Shown: piece after piece, positions 38,729 through 47,472 of the stretch
Position numbering within the stretch: position 1 is the first letter of the stretch
How the letters are laid out: each line of letters starts with the position of its first letter
NCBI GenBank assembly: GCA_001437625.1
Contig: LIAL01000001.1
Span: 756-64,755, forward strand
DNA from: Nitrosopumilus sp. BACL13 MAG-121220-bin23
GTDB lineage: Archaea; Thermoproteota; Nitrososphaeria; Nitrososphaerales; Nitrosopumilaceae
DNA length: 64,000 nucleotides
Direction of reading: 5' to 3'
The notes under the pieces: model-generated
Seen by the model: the letters and a program-made list of their open reading frames with translations, nothing else
What the model was told of the DNA's origin: nothing
Databases searched by the model: none
Made by a program: the position numbers and the translations under genes

Positions 38729-38729
38729 A

Positions 38730-39050
38730 TTGAAACTTGAATTCAATTTAAAAGATAATTTAGAAAAAATCAAAACAAGCAATTCCTATTTTCATACTTT
38801 CATCAATAAAGATAGTCTTGCTGCAGGTATTTTGATATTGAAACCTGGGGAGGGCGATACACAAGAGCCTCATGAAAATGATGAAGTGTATTTCATACTT
38901 TCTGGAAATGGATACCTTAAAATTAAAAATAAAAATTACAAAGTTTCAAAAGACAAGTTATTTTTTGTTGCAAAAGGTGCACCTCATTTTTTCCATAGTA
39001 ATACAAATGATCTCAAAGTTTTGTATTTTTTTGGTGGTTCTGATTCTTAA
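38730..39050 (+). CDS. cupin domain protein
   Basis: GEGDTQEPHENDEVYFILSGNGYLKI...GAPHFFHSN (two-His cupin motifs); TTG start. Confidence 0.6.
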   Translation: MKLEFNLKDNLEKIKTSNSYFHTFINKDSLAAGILILKPGEGDTQEPHENDEVYFILSGNGYLKIKNKNYKVSKDKLFFVAKGAPHFFHSNTNDLKVLYFFGGSDS

Positions 39051-39664
39051 GAAATATGGGTTTTTCTTCCTGAAACTTTAATTTTTTTCCTAGCAAAGAG
39101 GTTAACTGCTTCTGGATATATCCTGTGTTCTTCTTTTAAAATTTTCTTAGATAGTGATTTTTCTGTATCATTTTCTTTTATTTCTACAACTGCCTGAATT
39201 ATGACTGGACCTGTATCCATACCTGAATCTACAAAATGTACTGTACATCCTGAATATTTTGCTCCATAATCTAATGCTTGTTTTTGTGAGTCTAATCCTG
39301 GAAATGCTGGTAGCAATGCTGGGTGCATGTTTATTATTCTATTTTTATATTTTTTTACAAATTCGGGACTGATGATTCTCATAAATCCTGCAAGACATAC
39401 AAGTCCATTTTTTGGGGTAACTCCATATTTTACAAGTATGCTTATAATTTTTTTATCATATTCTGTTCTATTACCTTTGAAGTTTTTACTTTCAATTATT
39501 TCGATGTTTACTCCTAATTTTTTTGCTATCATCAAACCTTTGGCATCTGATTTGTTTGAAATAACAACTGCTGGATTTATTGGAATTTTTTTCTTTTTAA
39601 TCGATTTTAGTATGGACTCCATATTACTTCCACGTCCTGAGATTAATATTCCAAGATTTAGCAA
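39047..39664 (-). CDS. purN: phosphoribosylglycinamide formyltransferase
   Basis: LGILISGRGSNMESI, CLAGFMRII, INMHPALLPAFPG. Confidence 0.9.
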   Translation of the reverse strand: MLNLGILISGRGSNMESILKSIKKKKIPINPAVVISNKSDAKGLMIAKKLGVNIEIIESKNFKGNRTEYDKKIISILVKYGVTPKNGLVCLAGFMRIISPEFVKKYKNRIINMHPALLPAFPGLDSQKQALDYGAKYSGCTVHFVDSGMDTGPVIIQAVVEIKENDTEKSLSKKILKEEHRIYPEAVNLFARKKIKVSGRKTHIS

Positions 39665-39740
39665 CTTGTCAATACTAAATCAAACCTGCAATTTATATCA
39701 AATCCATTATTTTTTATTTTTATTGCCCAGTAAAGTTAGG

Positions 39741-40700
39741 ATGACTAAAAATGGAATCCTATGTGATGTCAACGAAAAGCATGTTTATCTAGATCCTAAA
39801 AAAACTGATTTGACTACAATTAATTTTGTTTCTCATGCTCATTCTGATCATCTACCTTCAAAAAATGGTGGTACTATTTTATCTTCAATTGAAACTAGTG
39901 AAATATCTAATCTTCGTGGATTCACAATGGAAAACCACATTGAATCTATTGATGGTTTTTCACTAATTGATAGTGGGCATGTTTTAGGTTCTAAAGGATT
40001 ATTGTTTGATGATATTTTCTACACTGGTGATATCTGTACCCGTGATAGAGGCTTTTTAAAAGCTGCAAAAATTCCTTCATGCAAAACCCTCATCACTGAA
40101 TGTACTTTTGGTTTACCTGAATTCAAATTTCCTAAAATGCATGAGATTGAAAATTATGTAAATCAATTAATCTCTGATCTTTATTCAAAGGGAATTCCTG
40201 TAATTTTAATGGGTTATCAACTTGGAAAGGCTCAAACTTTAACTCAAATGTTTGGTCATTGGGATCCTCTGTACCTTCATGATTCAATTAAAGAGATGAA
40301 TCTTTTACACCAAAAATTTGGTGTGTCTTTAAAAAATTGTCTTGGTCATTCAGAGGCTCAAAAAAATGGTTTATTGGATAAAAAACCATGGGTTATGGTT
40401 ACCCCTGTACTGTCTGCTAAAAATAAATTTCTTCAAGAAATGAAATCAAAATATGGTGCAGTAACTATTGGTTTTAGCGGATGGGCACAATCTAGGAAAT
40501 TCTCTTTTGGAAGACGTGCTGATTATTCTGTAACTATGAGTGATCATTGTGATTTTAATGAACTTGTAGATATGGTGGTACAATCTGGTGCAGAGCAAGT
40601 TTACACTATACATGGTTTTGTTGAAGAATTTGCTACACATTTGAATAAAATGGGTATTAGTGCTCAACCTTTGATAAAAAATTCTTTAGGTTCTTACTGA
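39741..40700 (+). CDS. metallo-beta-lactamase fold nuclease (short beta-CASP-like / RNA- or DNA-processing exonuclease family)
   Basis: HAHSDH (HxHxDH) motif and later DSGHVLGS, TECTFG and MSDHCD. I chose the start at MTKNGILCDV; the first 138 aa of track ORF 39327..40700 are antisense of purN. Confidence 0.7.
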   Translation: MTKNGILCDVNEKHVYLDPKKTDLTTINFVSHAHSDHLPSKNGGTILSSIETSEISNLRGFTMENHIESIDGFSLIDSGHVLGSKGLLFDDIFYTGDICTRDRGFLKAAKIPSCKTLITECTFGLPEFKFPKMHEIENYVNQLISDLYSKGIPVILMGYQLGKAQTLTQMFGHWDPLYLHDSIKEMNLLHQKFGVSLKNCLGHSEAQKNGLLDKKPWVMVTPVLSAKNKFLQEMKSKYGAVTIGFSGWAQSRKFSFGRRADYSVTMSDHCDFNELVDMVVQSGAEQVYTIHGFVEEFATHLNKMGISAQPLIKNSLGSY

Positions 40701-40745
40701 TTTCAATATGTCCATATGGAAAATTATCTGATGAAGAAATTAAAT

Positions 40746-40842
40746 GGCGAAGCCCTCTAAACTGCAGAACATTAAGAGATTTCCTCTTGTGGTCAAGCGT
40801 CAAACGCTTGGTTGCCTTTTTCGTTCTACGGGGCTACGCAGG
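40746..40842 (+). ncRNA. candidate structured small RNA (unknown class; strand uncertain)
   Basis: 49 G+C of 97 nt by hand count, in an AT-rich intergenic region. Closing helix GCGAAGCCC(40747-55)/GGGCTACGC(40831-39), 8 of 9 bp. Internal hairpins AAGAG-atttc-CTCTT (40774-88) and CAAGCG-tcaaa-CGCTTG (40794-810). A T-rich tract follows. Confidence 0.35.
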
Positions 40843-40982
40843 TTATTTGTTAGATTTTGTAACTAACACTGTATTATTTGTTAAGATATACAACTATTTA
40901 AAATTATTATGTAATTTTTATAATTAATAGTCATTTTTATTGTAATTCTCTCTAGTATTATTCCAAACTAGTTGGTTTTATT

Positions 40983-41126
40983 CTAATATTTTGTTGGTTT
41001 TTTACCCTTTTTCTTTACTTGTTGTTCTTTTTTGTATTTTTTAATTCGTTGATTTTGCTCTGCAACCTTTTGCCCTTTTTGCTTCCTTCCTTCTTTTTTC
41101 CCTTCTGTTTTATTCTTAAATCCCAT
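40983..41126 (-). CDS. Lys-rich basic miniprotein (47 aa), hypothetical
   Basis: My translation: MGFKNKTEGKKEGRKQKGQKVAEQNQRIKKYKKEQQVKKKGKKPTKY*. ATG start; low complexity. Confidence 0.3.
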   Translation of the reverse strand: MGFKNKTEGKKEGRKQKGQKVAEQNQRIKKYKKEQQVKKKGKKPTKY

Positions 41127-41177
41127 ATCCAAAATTCTGTAATTTAATTATGATAAAAATTTTGATATGTATATGAT

Positions 41178-41414
41178 TTATTTAGTAAATTGATTACATT
41201 TACAATCTACTACTAGGCATGTCTCAGCATTTCTAATGTGATTATGAGTGAAATGCATACATGTTTTATTTTTACAAATTCTTTTCTGTGCTTCTTTTTT
41301 TACTATTACTTGAGCGATAAAATTTGCTTTCTCTTTTGAATATGATTTTTTGTCAATGTAGAAATGAACTATTCCGTTGTACAGTAAATTATGATTAAAT
41401 TGTTTTTCAAGCAA
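41178..41414 (-). CDS. small Cys/His-rich protein (paralogue of 9429..9581)
   Basis: ...RICKNKTCMHFTHNHIRNAETCLVVDCKCNQFTK. The TTG start abuts the stop of the upstream mini-ORF. Confidence 0.5.
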   Translation of the reverse strand: MLEKQFNHNLLYNGIVHFYIDKKSYSKEKANFIAQVIVKKEAQKRICKNKTCMHFTHNHIRNAETCLVVDCKCNQFTK

Positions 41415-41510
41415 TTAATCCCTCATGTTGCCTCTTCTAATGTTTTTTATTTTATGATCGCTGCAACCACAATTTCTTTCTACACATAATTCTTGTTCTA
41501 ATATTCGCAT
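41415..41510 (-). CDS. possible 31-aa Cys-containing mini-ORF
   Basis: My translation: MRILEQELCVERNCGCSDHKIKNIRRGNMRD*. The stop is directly adjacent to the start of 41178..41414. Confidence 0.25.
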   Translation of the reverse strand: MRILEQELCVERNCGCSDHKIKNIRRGNMRD

Positions 41511-41641
41511 GCATTCTATACGTGATTCTGATATTTGAAATTCTTTGTATTTTTACTTGTCAAATGTTTGTTTTTTCATCTTATTTTAAAAATAATTAAA
41601 ATTATGATAATGTTTTTAAAAAAAACATTCTAATCTAGTTC

Positions 41642-41938
41642 ATGGGATTTTTATCTAATTTTTGTAATGATTTAAAAAATGCAAAAAGAAGTAAGGCTGC
41701 TAATATCAACGGAAAAAATCTTAAAGAATTACTTACAAAATTCAAAGATGAACGTGATGGAATAGAACTAGATACAGGGATTCGACCTCAAATTGATGAT
41801 ACCACTCAAATGTTCATGCAAAAAATTCTAAATGTTTGGATTTCAGAAGGTAAGGAAATTGACGAGGAAAAATTTTGGTCTGAAGTTGATTATAACCGAC
41901 AATTTACTCATTCAATAGAATATTATGAACGACGTTAA
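41642..41938 (+). CDS. hypothetical protein
   Basis: 98 aa; no motif recognised. Confidence 0.4.
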   Translation: MGFLSNFCNDLKNAKRSKAANINGKNLKELLTKFKDERDGIELDTGIRPQIDDTTQMFMQKILNVWISEGKEIDEEKFWSEVDYNRQFTHSIEYYERR

Positions 41939-41964
41939 TAATTTTAATTCTGGAATTGATTTGA

Positions 41965-42072
41965 TTGGATAAAGAGCGATTACGAGTAAAAAGTGGTAGA
42001 AGTAAGGGTTGTAAAGATTGCATTACTCACAGATGTATTCCTAGTAGCTGCAATTGTGATTGTCATCGTTAA
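41965..42072 (+). CDS. possible 35-aa Cys-rich mini-ORF
   Basis: My translation from TTG: (M)DKERLRVKSGRSKGCKDCITHRCIPSSCNCDCHR*. It has 7 Cys and 2 His in the last 20 residues. Confidence 0.3.
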   Translation: MDKERLRVKSGRSKGCKDCITHRCIPSSCNCDCHR

Positions 42073-42077
42073 TAATT

Positions 42078-43355
42078 TTATTTTAAAATTATGCCTATGT
42101 CCATTAGATTCATGTGTGTGAAATCTGTTTTGATGTTTGCTTTTTGTTTTTGAAAGAATCTTGCTGAATCATTATTTTTTAAAAATTCTTTCATGACTGT
42201 TAGATCCACTTTAATATTTTCTATAATTGCCCCTGCAAAATTAGAATTTCCGTCAATTCCATCTGTACCCATTGACGCAATCGTTATTTTATTTAATTTT
42301 TGAGTATTTTTTAAAATTCTTAATACTAATTCCTGATTTCTTCCCCCTTTTCCTTTCCCTACCACTCTAACTGTTGGTTCTCCTCCTAAAATTAAACACG
42401 TATTTTGCCCTTCTGGAATATTTTCTAGAATTTTTTTAACTGTATCTTTTATGTCTCCAAAAATTTGCATTTTAATAACTTTGTACCCTTTTGTTTTTGC
42501 TGTTTCTTCCATTGCTTCTAGACAATTATTATTATTTGCAATAACATAATTTTCAATTTTTGCCCTTTTCGGTGTTTCTGTTTTTTGATTGTGTAATCCG
42601 TTACCCAAAATCTGTAAAACTTCAATTGGAATTCTAGTTTTTAATCTATATTTTTCTATTATGTTCATTGCATCTTGATATGTTGTATCATCCATGTATG
42701 TTGTACCTGATGCAATTGATGATAGATCATCATTCTCAACATCTGACATTACTAATCCTATTCCATCACATTTCATATTTTCTACAAGCTTACCTCCTTT
42801 GATTTTTGATAGATGTTTTCTAACACAATTAAATTCTTGAATTGTTGCTCCTGACTTTAACAGCATATCTGTAGTGTGAACTTTATCGCTAAGTGTAATT
42901 TCATCTGGCATTGCAAGTAATGCTGATCCGCCACCTGAAACTAGAAAAATAATTAATTCTCTACTTTTTCTATTTTCTACAAATTTTATAACTTCTTTTG
43001 CAGCTTTCACACTTGTTTTATCTGGTTTTGGATGTCCTGAGTTAAAAATTTGAAATTTTTTAGATTTGATTTTTGCCTTTGCATTTTTTGGAATAACAAT
43101 TATTCCACTTTTTATTGGAATTATTGAATTAATTGCCCTAGTCATGGAATCTGCTGCCTTTCCAAATGCTACTGTATAGATCTCAGAATATTTTTCGATA
43201 TTCAATATTCTCCCATCTATTTTAATTTCATTTGTTGTAACGTAATTTTGTATGATGTTTTCTGGATTAGCTGCCTGAAGACCTGATTCTAAAATTTCTA
43301 AACAATCTTTCTTCTTTTCTGTAATTGCTAATTCCTCAAAATTCTGAATTATCAT
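42078..43355 (-). CDS. MOFRL-family glycerate 2-kinase / hydroxypyruvate reductase-like protein
   Basis: LVSGGGSALL, GGEPTV, GKGGRNQE and SMGTDGIDG motifs. I chose the start at MIIQNFEEL. Confidence 0.75.
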   Translation of the reverse strand: MIIQNFEELAITEKKKDCLEILESGLQAANPENIIQNYVTTNEIKIDGRILNIEKYSEIYTVAFGKAADSMTRAINSIIPIKSGIIVIPKNAKAKIKSKKFQIFNSGHPKPDKTSVKAAKEVIKFVENRKSRELIIFLVSGGGSALLAMPDEITLSDKVHTTDMLLKSGATIQEFNCVRKHLSKIKGGKLVENMKCDGIGLVMSDVENDDLSSIASGTTYMDDTTYQDAMNIIEKYRLKTRIPIEVLQILGNGLHNQKTETPKRAKIENYVIANNNNCLEAMEETAKTKGYKVIKMQIFGDIKDTVKKILENIPEGQNTCLILGGEPTVRVVGKGKGGRNQELVLRILKNTQKLNKITIASMGTDGIDGNSNFAGAIIENIKVDLTVMKEFLKNNDSARFFQKQKANIKTDFTHMNLMDIGIILK

Positions 43356-43406
43356 ATGATTTTCATCACTGTAAGATATAATAAACAAACCAATGATGTT
43401 TATTTT

Positions 43407-44351
43407 ATGCATACAGTACGCATTCCAAAAGTTATTAATTTTGGAGAAAACGCACTTGGTGAAACAGAATATCCAAAAAATGCCCTAGTTGTTACAACCG
43501 TTCCACCAGAATTGTCTGACAAATGGTTAGCAAAAATGGGAATTCAGGATTATATGTTATATGACCAAGTAAAACCTGAACCATCAATTGATGATGTCAA
43601 TAAGGTCATTTCTCAATTCAAAGACAAAAACCCTTCAGTTCTAATCGGCTTGGGTGGTGGAAGTTCAATGGATGTGGTAAAATACGCTGCACCTGAAATG
43701 AAAAAAGGAAAAATTCTAATTCCAACTACGTTTGGAACTGGAGCTGAAATGACAACCTATTGTGTTCTAAAATTTGATGGAAAAAAGAAATTGTTACGTG
43801 AAGATAGATTTTTAGCTGATATGGCTGTAGTTGATTCATACTTTTTGGATGGAACTCCACAACAAGTTATCAACAGTTCTGTCTGTGATGCATGTGCTCA
43901 AGCTACTGAAGGCTATGATAGCAAACTTGGTAATGACTTGACTAGAACATTATGTAAACAAGCATTTGATATTCTCTATGATGCAATTATGAATGATAAA
44001 CCAGAAAACTATCCATACGGTTCAATGTTATCTGGAATGGGATTTGGAAATTGCTCTACAACATTAGGACATGCATTGTCCTATGTGTTTTCAAATGAGG
44101 GGGTACCTCATGGATATTCTTTATCTTCTTGTACTACAGTTGCACACAAGCATAACAATTCAATCTTCTATGATAGATTCAAAGAGGCAATGAATAAACT
44201 TGGATTTGATAAATTAGAACTCAAAGCTGATATTTCAGATGCTGCTGACACCGTAATGACCGATAGAGGCCACTTGGATCCAAATCCAATCCCAATATCT
44301 AAAGATGATGTCGTAAAATGTCTTGAAAATATCAAAGCAGGTAATTTATAG
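43407..44351 (+). CDS. iron-containing alcohol dehydrogenase family protein
   Basis: GLGGGSSMDVVKY, IPTTFGTGAEMT and LGHALSYVF...PHG metal-site histidines. I chose the start at MHTVRIPKVI. Confidence 0.8.
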   Translation: MHTVRIPKVINFGENALGETEYPKNALVVTTVPPELSDKWLAKMGIQDYMLYDQVKPEPSIDDVNKVISQFKDKNPSVLIGLGGGSSMDVVKYAAPEMKKGKILIPTTFGTGAEMTTYCVLKFDGKKKLLREDRFLADMAVVDSYFLDGTPQQVINSSVCDACAQATEGYDSKLGNDLTRTLCKQAFDILYDAIMNDKPENYPYGSMLSGMGFGNCSTTLGHALSYVFSNEGVPHGYSLSSCTTVAHKHNNSIFYDRFKEAMNKLGFDKLELKADISDAADTVMTDRGHLDPNPIPISKDDVVKCLENIKAGNL

Positions 44352-44440
44352 AAAATTTATTTTTCTCTTTTTTTATATCTAAACTGCGAAATGGGCAGAT
44401 TAACTAAACTTTTTATTGTAATGATTTAGAATAAAATCAA

Positions 44441-45550
44441 TTGGCAAGTAAAAAATTAAAGTTTGGTATTCAAAATGGACTAAATGTTGCTAGAGCTGGA
44501 TACACTGAAGATCAGATAATTACTGCATGCCAGCTTGCTGATCGAACTGGATATGATTCTATTTTCTATATGGATCACACAAATGTACCACAATGGAAAA
44601 ATGCAACTGTTTTAGATCCTTGGGTTATGTTATCTGCAATTGCTGCAGTTACAAACCATGTTGAATTAGGAACTTGTGTTACTGATGCAATTAGAAGACA
44701 CCCATCAAATATTGCACTAGCTGCAATTACTCTTGATAGAATTTCTAAAGGCAGAGCTATTCTTGGTATTGGTGCGGGAGAAGCACAAAATCTTAAGGAA
44801 TTCTGTATTCCATTTGAAAAACCAGTTTCCAAATGGGCTGAACAAATTGAAGTTATTAAAAAATTATATAATTCTAATCCTGATAACACTGTGGATTATG
44901 ACGGTCAATATTATCAATTAAAACAAGCATGTTTACAAGCTGCATCAATTAGAAAACCATATCCACCTACCTACATGGCTTCTGGTGGAAAACGAACATT
45001 AGATTTAACCGGAAAACTTGGAGAAGGTTGGTTACCGATTGGTTATACACCTGAATTATTTGAAGATCATAGAAAACAAATTGAAGTTTCTATGGATAAA
45101 TATGGACGAAGTCAAGAAGATAAGGATAATTTTGAAATGGCATTGGATATCGATGTTTACTTTTCAGAAGATGCAGAAGCTTCTTGGGCAAAAATGAAAG
45201 AAGCTGTTAAAGTTAGTTTGTTTAAACCTGAAATTTTGAGGGTGCATGGATTAAAAGAAATTGAAGGATTTGATTTCGTAAAATACTTTACAGAATACTC
45301 CATGTCTGATCAAAGTTGGATTGTTAAAATGAGAGATGCTGCAACTAAAATTCCAGATAAAGTAGCAAGATCATCTACTGCCGTTGGTACTCCTGAAGAT
45401 ATCATTCCTACTTTTGAGAGATTTATGGAAGCTGGTGTGAATCACTTTGTAATTAGATTTTGGGGTAAGAATTACTTTGGCTCTATTGACAAGTTTGCAA
45501 GTCATGTTATGCCTGTATTGCGTGAAAAACATAAACAAAAATTCGCTTAA
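44441..45550 (+). CDS. luciferase-like (LLM class) flavin/F420-dependent oxidoreductase
   Basis: KFGIQNG..., DHTNVP..., LDRISKGRAILGIGAGE; 369 aa; TTG start. Confidence 0.75.
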   Translation: MASKKLKFGIQNGLNVARAGYTEDQIITACQLADRTGYDSIFYMDHTNVPQWKNATVLDPWVMLSAIAAVTNHVELGTCVTDAIRRHPSNIALAAITLDRISKGRAILGIGAGEAQNLKEFCIPFEKPVSKWAEQIEVIKKLYNSNPDNTVDYDGQYYQLKQACLQAASIRKPYPPTYMASGGKRTLDLTGKLGEGWLPIGYTPELFEDHRKQIEVSMDKYGRSQEDKDNFEMALDIDVYFSEDAEASWAKMKEAVKVSLFKPEILRVHGLKEIEGFDFVKYFTEYSMSDQSWIVKMRDAATKIPDKVARSSTAVGTPEDIIPTFERFMEAGVNHFVIRFWGKNYFGSIDKFASHVMPVLREKHKQKFA

Positions 45551-45588
45551 TCCTAAATTATTAGAACCTTATTTACTGTGTTAATTTC

Positions 45589-45828
45589 TTGAATGTTATT
45601 ATGAATGATGATGTACCTGACTCTGTCAAGAAATGCCTTGATATTTTGGATGATAGTTTAGAAATATTAGTTGACATTGAATTTGCTTTAAACGATGAAA
45701 AAAATGATGAATTAATTCCTGACATGAAACTTCATAATTTGTTTGATATGACTGAAGATGTAGCTGAGTCTGAAAAAATTAAATTTGCTGAATCTAAATT
45801 AGTTCAAAGGCAATTTCAAGATATTTAG
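45589..45828 (+). CDS. acidic hypothetical protein (the likely true start is ATG at 45601)
   Basis: 79 aa, Asp/Glu-rich. Confidence 0.35.
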   Translation: MNVIMNDDVPDSVKKCLDILDDSLEILVDIEFALNDEKNDELIPDMKLHNLFDMTEDVAESEKIKFAESKLVQRQFQDI

Positions 45829-46268
45829 CGATTTCGTGAATTGTGCTGATGCTTGTTTTTTGGTAACTGCTTTACTTTTCTTTTTGATAACTGCTTTACT
45901 TTTCTTTTTGTTTGTTGTTTGAGTAATCTTTTTCGAGTTCTCTCTGTTCCACTTGTCGAACCTTGAACAATTTTTGTTTTACTTCCGTCTTTTAACATAA
46001 TCACTTTTCCCTTAAATCTAAATTCAACATCTCTGCATTTGATATAGTATCTTCTAAGGCTGAAAAATATTCTATTGTTAGTTCCATGCATTTCTTTAAC
46101 TTCTTTTGTCTTTTTTAATTCATTGAGGATATTTCGTAGTAAGCCTTTTTCAATATCTGTTATTCTCTGTAATTCTTTAAACCAAATAAATTTTGAATCT
46201 GATCCCCAATAGTTTAATATCTCTATAATTTTATTTGTAGCTTCTTCTGTTTCTTCATTTGGGGTCAT
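45825..46268 (-). CDS. hypothetical protein, possibly winged-helix, with a duplicated basic C-terminal tail
   Basis: The segment ITDIEKGLLRNILNELKKTKEVKEMHG is wHTH-like. The C-terminus KRKVKQLSKRKVKQLPK is encoded by a 24-nt tandem duplication. Confidence 0.4.
   Translation of the reverse strand: MTPNEETEEATNKIIEILNYWGSDSKFIWFKELQRITDIEKGLLRNILNELKKTKEVKEMHGTNNRIFFSLRRYYIKCRDVEFRFKGKVIMLKDGSKTKIVQGSTSGTERTRKRLLKQQTKRKVKQLSKRKVKQLPKNKHQHNSRNR
45864..45910. repeat. 24-nt period tandem duplication (2 copies) inside a CDS
   Basis: taactgctttacttttctttttg occurs at 45864-45886 and 45888-45910. Confidence 0.85.
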
Positions 46269-46474
46269 TATTTTTATTAGTTTAATCCTAAATTTAGCAA
46301 TTTACATTAATGAAAAGTTTGAATCAATAAAGTCAATTTTTAGAATGTTTTATCTTTTTGACAATTTTTGTGATTACTTACTATGAGTCATAAATCAAAA
46401 GACGGATGTACTGAATTAGGCTGTAAAATACTCCAAATACGAGAATTAGCAAAAGAATTAACTGCTGATTAATT

Positions 46475-46699
46475 TTATATTTTTGATTTTTTCTTTCTTT
46501 GTTTTAGTCTAGAATGTGTTACTTTAACCGACTGCTTTTGATTTTTTTCCATTTTATCTGCTAATGCATCAATTTGTTCTATTATCTCTAATTGCTCCTC
46601 TGTAGAATTTGTTTTTACAAGTGCTTTGTTTAATTTTTTTAATTGATATGAATATCCGTTAAACTCTCCTCTTAATTCATTTAGATATGGATCATCCAT
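46475..46699 (-). CDS. coiled-coil hypothetical protein
   Basis: 74 aa, charged and helical. Confidence 0.4.
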   Translation of the reverse strand: MDDPYLNELRGEFNGYSYQLKKLNKALVKTNSTEEQLEIIEQIDALADKMEKNQKQSVKVTHSRLKQRKKKSKI

Positions 46700-46787
46700 G
46701 ATTATTTTTAATCTTCCCTGTATTTTAGGTATTTTTATTCTTGATATTTTGATCTTAATTTATAATATTATTTGTTAGAATTACTCT

Positions 46788-47420
46788 ATGCAACTTGTTG
46801 ACACTCTTAAAATTAAATCATATGAAAAAATAAAAGAATTTCTTAACCAAGAACATGTTGGAAGAATTTCAAGTATCGATGTAAATGGATTTCCTCAAAT
46901 CATCCCCATGAATTTTATATTTCTTAATGATGCTGTATACATACACTCTCATGTAAAAGGTGAAAAGTTAGATAACATTTCTAAAAATAATAAAGTTGGT
47001 TTTGAGGCTGATAGGGAGTTAGAATTTTTGCCATCTTATTTTGAAGATCCTCATAATGCTTCTTTAGCTGATACTCTGTACATCAGTGTTGTAATCAAAG
47101 GAATTGCCTCTTTAGTTTCTGATAGAGATGAAAAAACTTTAGCTCTAAACGGTTTGATGGAAAAATATCAACCTGAAGGATATTATGATCCACTTCAATC
47201 CAATATGCGCGTTTTGAATGCAGTCAGTGTGATCAAAATAACTCCGCAAACACTTGATGGAAAATATAAAATTGGTCAACACATGAATTCAAAAGATAGG
47301 ATGAATTTAGCTCAAAAAATTCTTAAAAAAAATTCACCTACTGCTAAAAACACTCTCAAGATTATGGGTTTTGAAGAAATTGATTGTGAATTGAGAATGG
47401 TTGATGAACCTATATGGTAA
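46788..47420 (+). CDS. pyridoxamine 5'-phosphate oxidase-like FMN-binding split-barrel protein
   Basis: LNQEHVGRISSIDVNGFPQIIPMNFIFLNDAVYIHS is typical of the Pyridox_ox_2/NimA-like family. Confidence 0.65.
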   Translation: MQLVDTLKIKSYEKIKEFLNQEHVGRISSIDVNGFPQIIPMNFIFLNDAVYIHSHVKGEKLDNISKNNKVGFEADRELEFLPSYFEDPHNASLADTLYISVVIKGIASLVSDRDEKTLALNGLMEKYQPEGYYDPLQSNMRVLNAVSVIKITPQTLDGKYKIGQHMNSKDRMNLAQKILKKNSPTAKNTLKIMGFEEIDCELRMVDEPIW

Positions 47421-47472
47421 TTTTATCATAGTATCACATTGCTTTAAATTCAGTTTTTAGTAATTCTAACTA

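Noticed and set aside
39327-39740. N-terminal 138 aa of track ORF 39327..40700
   Set aside because: This part is antisense to purN and hydrophobic low-complexity. The MBL-fold homology begins only after Met at 39741, which follows the purN start region.
40731-40842. Identification of the GC-rich element as a fluoride riboswitch, 5S rRNA or tRNA
   Set aside because: The segment GGCGAAGCCC...AAACUGC only superficially resembles the crcB motif, and no crcB-type gene follows. The element is too short for 5S rRNA and lacks its conserved loops. Hairpin loops could be read as anticodons (CAA or UUG), but no T arm or correct arm spacing exists.
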